Position numbers and translations under genes: made by a program. DNA of 64,000 bases from a virus (taxonomy: Duplodnaviria > Caudoviricetes), in IMG/VR virus record IMGVR_UViG_3300021387_000661, positions 128,001-192,000 of that record. One strand, given 5' to 3'. The notes below the pieces were generated by a model that was not told the DNA's origin, did no database searches, and saw nothing but the letters and a program-made list of their open reading frames with translations. This document shows positions 9,028 through 19,511 of this stretch, piece by piece. Every line of letters starts with the position of its first letter. Within the stretch, counting starts at the first letter, position 1.

Positions 9028-9864
9028 TACAAATAAGGACATTTACAGGTTATTCTGAAGAGGACTGTATAAGGGAAATCAATAATGAATTAAATGAAGA
9101 CCAGGTTATCAACATCATTCCTTGCAGACCAAAGGAAATGGAGGGATATGATGAATATGACAGGTGGTGTGTATATTCAATGAAAGTGATTTATAAAGAT
9201 GGTATAGTATGAAATCATGGAAGAACAAAAAAGATGGTGGAAGGGTAAAGATATTTGGTAAAGTTTATTCTCTTAAAGACCTCCAGATGATTGGTCAGGA
9301 AAAGGTTGAGGATGACCTTCTTGAATGGATAAACCAGGATTTGGATTATATCTGTGACTGCTCAACGGTGAGGTTTTTTGAGATTTACAGATGGAGATTT
9401 CAGAATAAGCAGAACCTTCAATTTGTAGATATCTATGTGAAATATTATCCTGATACAAACACCATTTCATTTAATGGTGACAAGAAGGAAGAGTTTATTT
9501 ACTATCAGAATTATAGTAAGGAAAGAGGAATAGAAAAGAATAGAGGAGAATAAAGATGAATAAACCAGAATTATTGACAAAACCCCTACAGGAGGCATTT
9601 ACTATTTCAACAACAGTGATGTTGGGTCAAGGGTTTAAAGAAATCAGGTATATCTTGGTTGAAAACAAGAAATATATTGATGGTATCTTTTACTTTGAAA
9701 ATGATGATTATGATTATATTAATGAGTTTGTTGATAAATTGAATTCTGCAAATTTGAATTCTCTCATCAATGATTTTGATTTTATCACAGGAGACACTGG
9801 ATTTATATTGTTGAGAAAATACAAGAGAGATGATACAAATAGTGATTTCATAAAAAAAGATTAA
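9024..9864 (+). CDS. three hypothetical proteins (9024-9212, 9209-9553, 9556-9864)
   Basis: Coupled ORFs. Confidence 0.55.
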
Positions 9865-9865
9865 A

Positions 9866-10216
9866 ATGGGTAGAAATATTGCGATTACGGTACCGAAGAC
9901 CATCAAATGGGAACAGTATGAGAAGGAGATAGATGCTGTCAAGGATGGTGAACAGGAGATGAATTATAGACTTCCCACTTTACCAAAGGATACAGAGGTG
10001 GGTGACAGGTGTTATGTGTGTTATAATGGTCAACTCATTGGCTGGATGGAAATAACAGGTATTTCCAAGAGGGATGGTTTTGAGTGTTCCACCACAGGTA
10101 GGAACTGGGATGAAGGAAATTACATTTCCAGGTCTGGAGAGTTCCACTATTTGAAAAATCCTGTTCCTATGAAGGGATTTATGGGGTACAGATATATTGA
10201 CAAAAATTTAGATTAA
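9866..10216 (+). CDS. possible ASCH/PUA-like protein
   Basis: GDRCYVCYNGQLIGW...PVPMKGFMGYRY pattern. Confidence 0.4.
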   Translation: MGRNIAITVPKTIKWEQYEKEIDAVKDGEQEMNYRLPTLPKDTEVGDRCYVCYNGQLIGWMEITGISKRDGFECSTTGRNWDEGNYISRSGEFHYLKNPVPMKGFMGYRYIDKNLD

Positions 10217-10416
10217 AAATAAACTATTAAAATGAACTATTATGGAAAATTAAAGAATTTAATTAATGTTTTAATTGATGAACCAACCAATGAAAACAGG
10301 AAAACACTTATTAATGAAACCTGGTTGTGGTTGGTTAATGAATATGATAGAACAGACATAAATCATATTGCTTTATTGACAACAATAAAAAATGCTATTA
10401 TTCTTACTGACTAAAA

Positions 10417-10448
10417 TTTGGATTAGTTGATTATTTTACTTATATTTG
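10417..10448 (+). promoter_or_regulatory. Bacteroidota-type housekeeping promoter
   Basis: TTTG (10417-20), 20-nt spacer, TATATTTG (10441-48) matches -33/-7 consensus; upstream of membrane-protein gene 10470. Confidence 0.7.
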
Positions 10449-10469
10449 TAGTAAAGAGATCAATGAATT

Positions 10470-10661
10470 ATGAAAAATGACATCTTATTACTTTTGACTA
10501 TTTTTATAATTGGGGCATTAAATATAGGCCTTGGTACTTCTGGACTTTTATATTCCCAATTGTGGAGTTCAAATTGGTTTATATTTTTCATCAATATTGT
10601 TATTGATGTATTTCTTTTGGTGTTCACTTATAAATTTGCAAAGAAAAGGAACATATTGTGA
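10470..10661 (+). CDS. small two-helix membrane protein
   Basis: Two hydrophobic stretches, basic C-terminus. Confidence 0.6.
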   Translation: MKNDILLLLTIFIIGALNIGLGTSGLLYSQLWSSNWFIFFINIVIDVFLLVFTYKFAKKRNIL

Positions 10662-10674
10662 AAAAGGATAAGAT

Positions 10675-11562
10675 ATGAGTTTATTTAAAATGAAAGTAAA
10701 ATTACCAAGAGAAGTTGTTATCAATGGTTTCATTGAAGATTTTTTGAATGATTTCCATTATCAGAGTACCAGGCAGAATCTGGATGTTCCTGAACTGCCT
10801 GATGATGTCATTACCAATATCATCAATGAGTATTTCAACAAGAAGACCCTCACAGAGGCAAACAGGTATATCTATGATGTACTTGATGAGTATGTTGATG
10901 GTTCTTATGAGAAGATTGATTGGAACCTGGGAAGACCTGCTGTAGAAGAGACTCCAGCATACAAGGCTTGGAGAAGGCATGCTGACATCTCATCTCTCTG
11001 GTCTGACTGTAAGAGGATGAATGGTATTGAAGAGACCTGGGTGGACTTGAATGGAAAGGCAAACACCAATGAGGAGGCAGCCAAAAAAGCAGCCGACAAG
11101 TGGTGTGAACTCATCTTTGGTTGGCATCTCCAGGACAATGGCGCAATAGATGAAGATCATGCCGGCGGGTTTATGGCCTGTGCTCTTGGTACTGTCCTTG
11201 CTAATAAAAGTAAGGAGAGGATTTCAGAAGATGTGAAGAAAAAGGCTCACAGTCTTTTCTATGAGTATTACTTGCACCAGCTTCACTACAATGAAACCAA
11301 TGACAAGAAAGACATTGATTGGCTGGTGGAGAACCTTCCTGATGATGACAAGAAAGACCCCTTTGACTGGAGGTACTTTGAGTTCAGGTGTGACCTTTAT
11401 TGTGATTATGGTCCAGGTACACCACTTTATCTCATTCTGGTGAATGCCGGTGTAGATAAGAATGCTGCTGGAAACATCTGTCCCTGGAAGACAGGAATTG
11501 ACATCAGAGCAGTGGACAATGCAGTGATGTACAATACTTATCAACATCAAGAAGAATTGTAG
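10675..11562 (+). CDS. hypothetical protein
   Basis: 295-aa ORF. Confidence 0.7.
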   Translation: MSLFKMKVKLPREVVINGFIEDFLNDFHYQSTRQNLDVPELPDDVITNIINEYFNKKTLTEANRYIYDVLDEYVDGSYEKIDWNLGRPAVEETPAYKAWRRHADISSLWSDCKRMNGIEETWVDLNGKANTNEEAAKKAADKWCELIFGWHLQDNGAIDEDHAGGFMACALGTVLANKSKERISEDVKKKAHSLFYEYYLHQLHYNETNDKKDIDWLVENLPDDDKKDPFDWRYFEFRCDLYCDYGPGTPLYLILVNAGVDKNAAGNICPWKTGIDIRAVDNAVMYNTYQHQEEL

Positions 11563-11725
11563 TTAGAAGACATTGATAATGGAAAATATTGAAGAAATTA
11601 TTGTAAAGTGTCCTTATGAACCACTTTTGAATGTACCTATAAGTTGTACTAAAAATTGTTCAAAGTGTTTATTAAAAGACATGGGTGGTATTTACAATGG
11701 TCCTTGTGGTTATATTGATTAGAAT

Positions 11726-12316
11726 ATGGAAACAAAGGTTAGACGTGTTTTTATTGAAGATGGTTCTTTTGTCATTGAAGAACCAATCAATGTCTTTGAC
11801 AAGAAGTGTCTGGGTGAATGTTGTTTGAAATGTAAATACTCTGAACTTTTATCATATAGAAGTCCAAATGGAATCGGGTGTTGGAGGGTGTCTGATGTGT
11901 GTGGTGAAGGAGACCACAGGTGGTGTATTGACAATGGAAATGAATTCAAATGTACTGATTGGATTGACAAAGAAGCAAAACTTACTCCAAATCTTGATTT
12001 CTGGGTATGCAGGTGTGATTGGGATGATTATTTTGACTTCAGGATTATTGCAGATTATGGAAGAGGACATGTGAGAGTTTCTTTTTATCAAGATGAGATA
12101 ATCATATCTGACTTGTTTGTCAGGGTGGATAAAAGAGGGGAAAGATATGGTACTGCACTTTTGGATTATGTTGATGAACTGGTACAGAAGTTTGGTAAAG
12201 GAAAACAGGCAAGCATATCTGCATTGACTAATTGGGAGAAGGAATGGTATACCAGAAGAGGATATAAGATTATAGATAAATTAGATAAAGGAAAATATAA
12301 TTATGTTGAAGAATAA
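11726..12316 (+). CDS. Cys-rich N-terminus fused to a GNAT acetyltransferase-like domain
   Basis: ISDLFVRVDKRGERYGTALL (GNAT motif A-like), WYTRRGY. Confidence 0.6.
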   Translation: METKVRRVFIEDGSFVIEEPINVFDKKCLGECCLKCKYSELLSYRSPNGIGCWRVSDVCGEGDHRWCIDNGNEFKCTDWIDKEAKLTPNLDFWVCRCDWDDYFDFRIIADYGRGHVRVSFYQDEIIISDLFVRVDKRGERYGTALLDYVDELVQKFGKGKQASISALTNWEKEWYTRRGYKIIDKLDKGKYNYVEE

Positions 12317-12692
12317 GGAAAACAGCAATACAAGTAGGGTGAAGTTCATCTCTTATACAGGTGAATACCCCAATCTCTGTTCCGGTGTTCTCACATTGGA
12401 AATAGATGGTGTACAATACAAGTTCGGACATAACTATATGGCACACCACTACAATGAAAAAACAGGCACATGGAGATATACTGATGAAGATCCGAGCAAC
12501 CCCAATTTCAATAGTTTCTGGACTTCTGGAGGTTCTGTAACTCATAATAAAAACTGGGACTGGAATGTTCAACATGGAGAATGGGAGATAGATGTAGAAG
12601 AACTTCCGGAACAGTTCTGGGATGTGGCTGATGAGATTGACGAAGTAATTAACGAAAATATTCCTGATGGTTGTTGTGGGGGATGTATTTGA
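12303..12692 (+). CDS. hypothetical phage protein
   Basis: YTGEYPNLCSG...GCCGGCI. Confidence 0.65.
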   Translation: MLKNKENSNTSRVKFISYTGEYPNLCSGVLTLEIDGVQYKFGHNYMAHHYNEKTGTWRYTDEDPSNPNFNSFWTSGGSVTHNKNWDWNVQHGEWEIDVEELPEQFWDVADEIDEVINENIPDGCCGGCI

Positions 12693-12695
12693 ATT

Positions 12696-12730
12696 AAAGT
12701 GAGGTATGTTCCTCACTTTTTTCATAAATA
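12696..12730 (+). terminator. intrinsic terminator running directly into a late promoter CATAAATA (12723-30)
   Basis: AAAGTGAGG-tatgtt-CCTCACTTTTTT; near-identical copy at 13440-13470. Confidence 0.8.
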
Positions 12731-12755
12731 CTGAATAAGAATATATTATATTATT

Positions 12756-13111
12756 ATGGAAACTGTAAAAAAAACTTTAAAGAATTCTCAAATGGTAATC
12801 AATCTAATAAATTGTTAATAGATTTATATGATGCTGTTGATGGATTGGTTGCTGATAAATTTACATTCTTGGATTTTGACCATGATGGAATGGGTTTAAT
12901 AACAACTATTGAACTTGATGATGATGAAGAAATTTATTGCATTATTAAAAAATATGAAGATGAAGGTCCACAAAGAGTAGATAAAATTAATGTTCAATAT
13001 AATTTGTCAAAACCGGGCGGTGTATTATTTTCAATTGATGGTGGTGGATATATTCCAGTTGAAAATATTGTCATTGACCAAGAATTGATAGATAATATTA
13101 AGAATTTATAG
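12756..13111 (+). CDS. late gene with a -1 frameshift in an A8 tract (12767-74); acidic protein with capsid-targeting-like N-terminus
   Basis: ATG frame stops after 20 aa; a -1 shift gives METVKKNFKEFSNG... continuous with ORF 12812-13111. Confidence 0.6.
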
Positions 13112-13119
13112 AAAAGAGT

Positions 13120-13440
13120 ATGGTAAAGACATTTAAAGAATTCATAAAAGAATCCCATACCATCCAAGTTGATTTGGATAAGGAGACTGTAACTGATGTG
13201 GAGTTGTTTGATAATGGTGATGCAAACTATTATTTCACAACTGATGAACCTCTTCCTGATAACAGTGCTACAATGGAGGCATTCCTGGAGATGGTTGACA
13301 ATACAGATGAGAGTATTGAATGGGATTATGATGGAAGCCAGGCATTTGGTAAGATGAGAAATGGGAGAACCATACAGATAGATGCTGGTGGTGATGGAGA
13401 TTTTACACACCATCTGGTCAGTGTTACAATAGTTAAATGA
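13120..13440 (+). CDS. acidic small protein, putative virion internal protein
   Basis: N-terminus MVKTFKEFIKES resembles T4 CTS MKTYQEFIAE; in a late unit. Confidence 0.65.
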   Translation: MVKTFKEFIKESHTIQVDLDKETVTDVELFDNGDANYYFTTDEPLPDNSATMEAFLEMVDNTDESIEWDYDGSQAFGKMRNGRTIQIDAGGDGDFTHHLVSVTIVK

Positions 13441-13473
13441 AAGTGAGGCAAGTTCCTCACTTTTTTCATACTC

Positions 13474-13566
13474 CATAAATACCTTGTATATTGAATTTTA
13501 AAATTACAGGTTATGTTACCTGCCTAAATTTGGTTTGAAAGAGTGGAGAATTTTCTTCACTTTTTT
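13474..13566 (+). ncRNA. putative ~80-nt late-promoter-driven non-coding transcript
   Basis: CATAAATA at 13474-81, hairpin CAGGT..ACCTG 13507-22, terminator 13538-66, no sizeable ORF. Confidence 0.35.
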
Positions 13567-13575
13567 GTTGTTTTA

Positions 13576-13630
13576 TTTGGAAATGTAAGAAAATCAAATT
13601 ATCTTTGTAATTGTAAAATACCCATAAATA
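13576..13630 (+). promoter_or_regulatory. tandem host-type promoter (TTTG-N20-TATCTTTG) and late promoter CATAAATA
   Basis: TTTG 13576-79, TATCTTTG 13600-07, CATAAATA 13623-30, upstream of 13663. Confidence 0.7.
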
Positions 13631-13662
13631 CATTATACACTTAATTTATAAAGATATAGTAT

Positions 13663-16600
13663 ATGTTAAAACCAAGAACATTTAAGGAGTTCTTAGCCAG
13701 ACTTAAAAATTTTTCTATTATTGAAGAGTCTTTTGCTGATAATGGTGAGTCCAAATTATATAATAAGATTCTTAATATCAGAAATACAAGATGTTTGGTT
13801 ATCAATGATGTGACTCTTGCACAAAAAATAGCTAAAAGAAATAAAGTCATTTGTATATATTTCAATAATGATATTCCAAAAGAACAATTGGAAGGAGATG
13901 CTATATGTGAGTATGTAAAACTTGATGTTGTTGATAGACATGCAAGTGACAATATGATTGAAGGCATCAAGTCTATTGTCTCAAAATACAACAACAAATC
14001 ATTTGATTATATCATTAGTGTGGGGTTGAAACCAGGAGAATCAGGTATGGATTATCTTGGTGTCTCATATTTTAACTATGAACTTTTGACAGCTGGTGCA
14101 TTTGAGGCAGGTATTACCAGTTTCATATCAATTGATGATATGGATGTATATGTGTCATTTGATAAAGAAGTTGAAAAGAATTATGGTCAGGGTGATGACA
14201 CAAAAAAAGGTTCTCATGTTCATATGATAGGTAAGATAGAGAATGGTATCTGGAATGGTCTTTATGGTTCAAGTTTTTCTATTTCTGAACATGAACTTGT
14301 TGAACCAAAAGAAAATTTAGATGATAGTGATAATAAACCAATTGGTGAAAATGGTGACATTATCTATGGTGAGACTGCTGATCCTGTGATTTATGCATTC
14401 GAAACAGATATTATGAATAGTATCTTACCAGATGATGAAACTGCTCTTAAAGTTGGTGATACCAATAGAGATATTGATGTTAGAATGAAAGAGTGGGGAA
14501 AACCTGGATATTACCCTGGTCTTGTACCAAAAGGACATTGGTCTGCTGTACTTGATGGGTTTGGTCCGGCTTTGGATGGTAAGATTTTCAGAGACAAATC
14601 TGTTCACAAGTTTCTGGTAAAGAAAGGGTTTGACAACATAAAGAAATTTGAGGTTGAAGGTAAGGTAGACATGCTTGGAAGACCTATTTATTATTCTAAT
14701 GAGTTTTTCAAGAATTGTACTGTTAAAGATGTTGAAGATGCTATAAATGAATTGAAACAGGCAATTTCTGATGGTAAAAATTCTATCATAAAGAAATTGA
14801 AAGATTTAAAGAAAAAAGAGAAAAATAATGTTATAATGCCTTCTCATCATAAACCTGATATGTTTACTCCAAGAGAACTTCAAAGTCAGGTTATTGATAA
14901 TTTTGAAAAAAGAATTCTTGAGACAAAACCAGGAGAACCAGTAGAGATGCTTATGTATGCAGTGATGAGGTTTGGTAAAACCTTTGTTGCTTGTGAGTGT
15001 GTGAGGTCATTATGTGGTAAAAGAAAGGGTGGAAAATTCATAATGGTTACATCTGCAAAAGTAGATGTCAAGAATGAATGGATGGAACAGGTCAATCCTT
15101 ATAAACTATATGAAAATATAGATATGTATGATGTAGAAGGATTGAAGAAAATGCTTGAAAATAAACAACCATTTGAAAGAAAAAATGGAAAAACATATAA
15201 AGATATTCAAGAATATTTCCAGGATTTCCCAGAAAAGAACATAATGTTGTTTGCATCTCTTCAGGATTTGAATGGTTCCTTGGATAAGAAGGGTATGAAA
15301 GAAAATCATAAGTATTTCTATGATACACCAATAGATATGCTTATCATTGATGAAGCACATTATGGTGCTCAATCACAAAAATATGGAAGACAGACTGGTC
15401 AGAGTTTAGAAGGCATGCTTACTCTTATGCCAAAGATGAAGTTTAAAAGTGATGCTGTAAAACTTCATCTTTCAGGTACTCCATATAAACTTATCAATGA
15501 TGGTATCTTCCAAAAAAAGGACATTATTGCCAGCTTCAGTTTTGCTGATTTAATGGATGCAAAGCAGAAGTGGATTGATGATAATATGGACAAAATTAAT
15601 GCTGGTGAGATGAAATATTCAGACAATCCATATTTTGGTATTCCAGAAATGCTTCAATATGGATACAATCTTGATTTATTCCAGTTGAAAAAATACAAGG
15701 AAGATGGATTGGATTATTCTCTTGATAGATTGTTCAGTGTTGTCAATGTTGAAGGTAAGAGAGTATTTCAATATGAAGATGATATTTATAACCTGTTTGC
15801 TGCAATAGATGGTAGTCAGAAAAATGAAAATGTCATTGAAATACTTGATCTACCAGAAGTAAAAGAAGGTAAATTATGTAGACATATTCTAGCTGCACTT
15901 CCTTCAAAGGATAGTTGTGATGTGATGGAAGAGTTTCTTACTAAATGTAAGAAGGAGACAAAAGACAAAGATGGTAATGTAAGACCTGCATTGAAAAATC
16001 TTGGTCTATATAAAGTTATCAATGTTGCCGGTAAAGAAGAGGGTGTTGAAGAGTGTGAAGAGGTTAAAAGAATGATTGCCAAGGAAGACAAGGCAAACAA
16101 CAAGACTATTACACTTACTGTTGATATGATGCTTACAGGTGTCAGTGTGCGAGAGTGGGATTGTATGTTCTATATGAAAGATGGTAAGTCTGCCCAGGCA
16201 TATGATCAGGCGAAATTTAGAATCCAGACACCATATAAGAAGAAAGCATTGGTATTTGATATTGGTGATGATTTGAAAAATGTTGATATTGCTATGGATG
16301 AAAAAGGTGATCCAGATTATGAAGTTATTGACAATAAGAGGCAGACTGTATTTGTTGATTTTTCTGCCAAGAGAATTTATGAACTTACCAGTGAAAGGTA
16401 TCATGCTCAATTAAGGGCAGATGCTGCTGCTGGTAAGAAAATATATGAACCTGTTCTTGATAAGGATGGTAATCCTGTTCTGGATGAAAATGGAGAACCT
16501 AAAAAGGTAGAAATCCCTGTTGATGAGGCAAATTCAAGTGCATATATCAAATATATGGCAAAGAGAGAAAAACCATATCTTCCTATTCTTGTTAATGAAA

Positions 16601-19050
16601 TTGGAAGTAAGAAATTGAAGAGGCAGGAGTCAAATAACATTATGGATGAATTTGCAAAATATTTTGCAAAGGACTTTGAAAATATGTCACCAGAAGAACT
16701 TCTATCCAAGCAGAAATGGTATATGCCAACAGAAGAGATGTTTGAAAAGATGGCAGGTATGCCTGATACATATGAAAGAAAAGGTGGGCACCCTTATATT
16801 AAGAAACAGGTATTTGGTGATGAGCAGAATCAAGATTCTGTTGATGGAACTACTCCATCAGAAGAAACTAATACTGATGATGGAAGTGGAAGTTCTTCTA
16901 AATCTAAACCAGCAACAAAACCATCTCTTACTATAGAAGAGAAAATTGCCAAACTCAAAAAGTATTACACTATCTGTGATACATTGATGAGAAATATCTA
17001 CATATATCTTGTTACCAGACTTGATAATGTTAAGATTCATGACTTCCATGATTTGTGCCATGACTCTATGCGTGCAGAGAATACTCAAAACTATGATATA
17101 ATTGTATCCATCTTCACAGATAAAAATCCATATGAAATGTCTTTTGACCAGAAGAAGAAGATTGTTGATGAGGTCAGAAATACTATTCAGGAATGGGTAG
17201 ATTTATATTTGAAGAAGGATCCGGAACATAAACTTCTTGAAACAATTCAGAACAAGATTGTTGCTATGTCATACAAATATGGTGAGGATAGAAAGGACTA
17301 TGACAAGATTAAGAGTGTCCTGAAAGACTTCACCAGAGGAAAAATTTCTGATACAGAAATCATTGGTGATGATGATACTCTGGCAGAGAAACTTTTTGAG
17401 AATGTTGTTATATTTAATAAGAAGGATAAGATACTTGACTGCTATGGTAGTAAGGTTGGTGAATATGCTTGGTATCTGGCAAACAAGTGGGAACACAAGG
17501 ATAAGTTCAGTATTGATAACTATTACATTATTTGTAGAAAAGGTATGATTGCTGAACTGTGTAAAGTACCTCTGTTGATTCTTGCCAGAAAGGAGGGTAT
17601 CCTTGGTTATAAGAATCAAAAGGGTATAAATGATTGGTTAAATGCTCATATTCTTGTGTTTGATCCTATGAATGAAGAAAATGTAGTTGCTGTTCCATCT
17701 AAGACTGAAAATCAGGAAGAGAATACTGTAACTACATCTTCTGAAAATTCAAAGGTTGAAATGGATTATAATAAGTTTGAGACCTTCTCTGAATTTATGA
17801 AACTCATAAATGAGGGTGTGGATCCTGATGCTGAAAGAAAGGAGAAAAGAGAAGCAAGTAAATATGAAAAAGCAGGAGGACTCTATAAACTCAAACAAGC
17901 AATACAAAAAAAATGGCCAGAAATGAAATGGAGTTTAGTTGTTGGGAATCCACCATATGGTGATAGGGAGCATGGTGGTGGAATGAATTTACATTTACAA
18001 ATAATGAAAACTGTACTTGATTTATGTACAGATAAATTGACATTTATTATGCCAAGTAAACCAATAATTAAACAATTGGAAGACCCTTGGTATTCAATAC
18101 TTGTAAATGCAGTTTGTACCAATATTACTGTTGTAAGTAAAAATATGTTCCCAAATACAACTATGGAAAATACTGCAATTTATTATTGTGATAGAACAAT
18201 TCCAGAAGATCAAATAGAAGATTCATATGATAAAAAATTAGATGTTGATGATAGAATATATGATATTTTACCTGATGTTGGAAAACTTTTTGTAGATAAA
18301 ATGGGTAAAATGTCTTCACTAAATATATTTTCAACATATAAATTGAGTAAAAAGAATGAAGAAAGTATCTTGAATGGAATAAAGAAAAAAATAGATAATA
18401 ATAATACTAAATATTATCTTAATGTTAGTCGTTCAGGTGTAAAACCTGGTGATGGTGCTCAAATATGGTTTTCAGGTACACTTGAAAAAGAAAATGTTAA
18501 AACAGCAGATGAAGAAAAAAAGTTTATTTTAACACATAGAAAAACCAAAAACATTATCATTTGCCCAACAAAAGAATATGGCGAGAACTTAAAGAATTTG
18601 ATGATAATTGGTAAAGTTTTAAGATATTCATTGTGGCTTACACAGGTTAAACAGGATATTTTGCAAGCACAATTTAAGTATGTACCAGATATAGATTATA
18701 CAATCATAGATACTGATGAAAAACTTCTTTCAGAATGTGGATTCACATTGGATGAGATAGAAAAAGTGATGAACTATCTCAAAGACTTTGACTTCACACA
18801 AAACAGGAATGATATGGTAAGAAATGCAGGTGTGAAAAGTAAACCAGACACCTCTCCATCCAGTTCAGAAGAATCTCCAAAATCTTACCTTGAACGGTTG
18901 AAGGAAACATATTCTAATCCAAGTAAGAAGATTCAAAAAAGAAGAGAAGAATTGGAATCAGAGTTTGCACATGCCAAGGAATATGGTAAAACTGAATATG
19001 ATGACTTCTGGGAATGGTTGGCATATGAGAAAATTCCTGAAGAAGACTAA
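13663..19050 (+). CDS. 1795-aa GIY-YIG(T5orf172)-like nuclease / SF2 helicase / amino-MTase fusion (single-chain restriction-modification-like)
   Basis: IYAF..KVGDT.R...R..FRDK.VH..EFF; MRFGKT, DEAH, LSGTP, MLTGVS; ILDCYGSKVGEY (degenerate motif I); VVGNPPY. Confidence 0.8.
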   Translation: MLKPRTFKEFLARLKNFSIIEESFADNGESKLYNKILNIRNTRCLVINDVTLAQKIAKRNKVICIYFNNDIPKEQLEGDAICEYVKLDVVDRHASDNMIEGIKSIVSKYNNKSFDYIISVGLKPGESGMDYLGVSYFNYELLTAGAFEAGITSFISIDDMDVYVSFDKEVEKNYGQGDDTKKGSHVHMIGKIENGIWNGLYGSSFSISEHELVEPKENLDDSDNKPIGENGDIIYGETADPVIYAFETDIMNSILPDDETALKVGDTNRDIDVRMKEWGKPGYYPGLVPKGHWSAVLDGFGPALDGKIFRDKSVHKFLVKKGFDNIKKFEVEGKVDMLGRPIYYSNEFFKNCTVKDVEDAINELKQAISDGKNSIIKKLKDLKKKEKNNVIMPSHHKPDMFTPRELQSQVIDNFEKRILETKPGEPVEMLMYAVMRFGKTFVACECVRSLCGKRKGGKFIMVTSAKVDVKNEWMEQVNPYKLYENIDMYDVEGLKKMLENKQPFERKNGKTYKDIQEYFQDFPEKNIMLFASLQDLNGSLDKKGMKENHKYFYDTPIDMLIIDEAHYGAQSQKYGRQTGQSLEGMLTLMPKMKFKSDAVKLHLSGTPYKLINDGIFQKKDIIASFSFADLMDAKQKWIDDNMDKINAGEMKYSDNPYFGIPEMLQYGYNLDLFQLKKYKEDGLDYSLDRLFSVVNVEGKRVFQYEDDIYNLFAAIDGSQKNENVIEILDLPEVKEGKLCRHILAALPSKDSCDVMEEFLTKCKKETKDKDGNVRPALKNLGLYKVINVAGKEEGVEECEEVKRMIAKEDKANNKTITLTVDMMLTGVSVREWDCMFYMKDGKSAQAYDQAKFRIQTPYKKKALVFDIGDDLKNVDIAMDEKGDPDYEVIDNKRQTVFVDFSAKRIYELTSERYHAQLRADAAAGKKIYEPVLDKDGNPVLDENGEPKKVEIPVDEANSSAYIKYMAKREKPYLPILVNEIGSKKLKRQESNNIMDEFAKYFAKDFENMSPEELLSKQKWYMPTEEMFEKMAGMPDTYERKGGHPYIKKQVFGDEQNQDSVDGTTPSEETNTDDGSGSSSKSKPATKPSLTIEEKIAKLKKYYTICDTLMRNIYIYLVTRLDNVKIHDFHDLCHDSMRAENTQNYDIIVSIFTDKNPYEMSFDQKKKIVDEVRNTIQEWVDLYLKKDPEHKLLETIQNKIVAMSYKYGEDRKDYDKIKSVLKDFTRGKISDTEIIGDDDTLAEKLFENVVIFNKKDKILDCYGSKVGEYAWYLANKWEHKDKFSIDNYYIICRKGMIAELCKVPLLILARKEGILGYKNQKGINDWLNAHILVFDPMNEENVVAVPSKTENQEENTVTTSSENSKVEMDYNKFETFSEFMKLINEGVDPDAERKEKREASKYEKAGGLYKLKQAIQKKWPEMKWSLVVGNPPYGDREHGGGMNLHLQIMKTVLDLCTDKLTFIMPSKPIIKQLEDPWYSILVNAVCTNITVVSKNMFPNTTMENTAIYYCDRTIPEDQIEDSYDKKLDVDDRIYDILPDVGKLFVDKMGKMSSLNIFSTYKLSKKNEESILNGIKKKIDNNNTKYYLNVSRSGVKPGDGAQIWFSGTLEKENVKTADEEKKFILTHRKTKNIIICPTKEYGENLKNLMIIGKVLRYSLWLTQVKQDILQAQFKYVPDIDYTIIDTDEKLLSECGFTLDEIEKVMNYLKDFDFTQNRNDMVRNAGVKSKPDTSPSSSEESPKSYLERLKETYSNPSKKIQKRREELESEFAHAKEYGKTEYDDFWEWLAYEKIPEED

Positions 19051-19072
19051 AGTTTCTTAAGTGATGATGAAG

Positions 19073-19101
19073 AAGATGAGGCATAGTTCCTCATCTTTTT
19101 T
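19073..19101 (+). terminator. intrinsic terminator; identical 29-bp copy at 19512-19540
   Basis: AAGATGAGGCATAGTTCCTCATCTTTTTT. Confidence 0.85.
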
Positions 19102-19136
19102 GTTATATTTAGGTTAAACTTAAAATTTGTATAATT

Positions 19137-19511
19137 ATGGTAAACAAACTTGAAAAGAAGTACTCAAAAGAATTACAGGAAATGACAGATGAAGAGAAAA
19201 TCTATAATGACTGGGATAAAGAATATGAAGACAGATATATAAAACTTTATAATGCCCTTGAAAAGTTTGTTAAAACAACAACAGTTAATAAAAAAGGAAA
19301 AAGAATACCTCTTATTGACAGTGTTGATGGAAAAAAGGTTAAAATTAAAGGATTAGATGGATATCTTGTTCCTTTATCAAAAGAGGAAAAGTTAATATGG
19401 AAAAAATATGAAAAATTGGAAAAATTGATGGATTTATTACTTCAATATGATGCTGAATTTGATTATAAGTATTTTGGTACAAAAAACAAACTTTTATATC
19501 ATATAAAGTAA
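19137..19511 (+). CDS. AT-rich hypothetical protein in a repeat-flanked cassette
   Basis: Own promoter motif (19099) and terminator (19512). Confidence 0.65.
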   Translation: MVNKLEKKYSKELQEMTDEEKIYNDWDKEYEDRYIKLYNALEKFVKTTTVNKKGKRIPLIDSVDGKKVKIKGLDGYLVPLSKEEKLIWKKYEKLEKLMDLLLQYDAEFDYKYFGTKNKLLYHIK

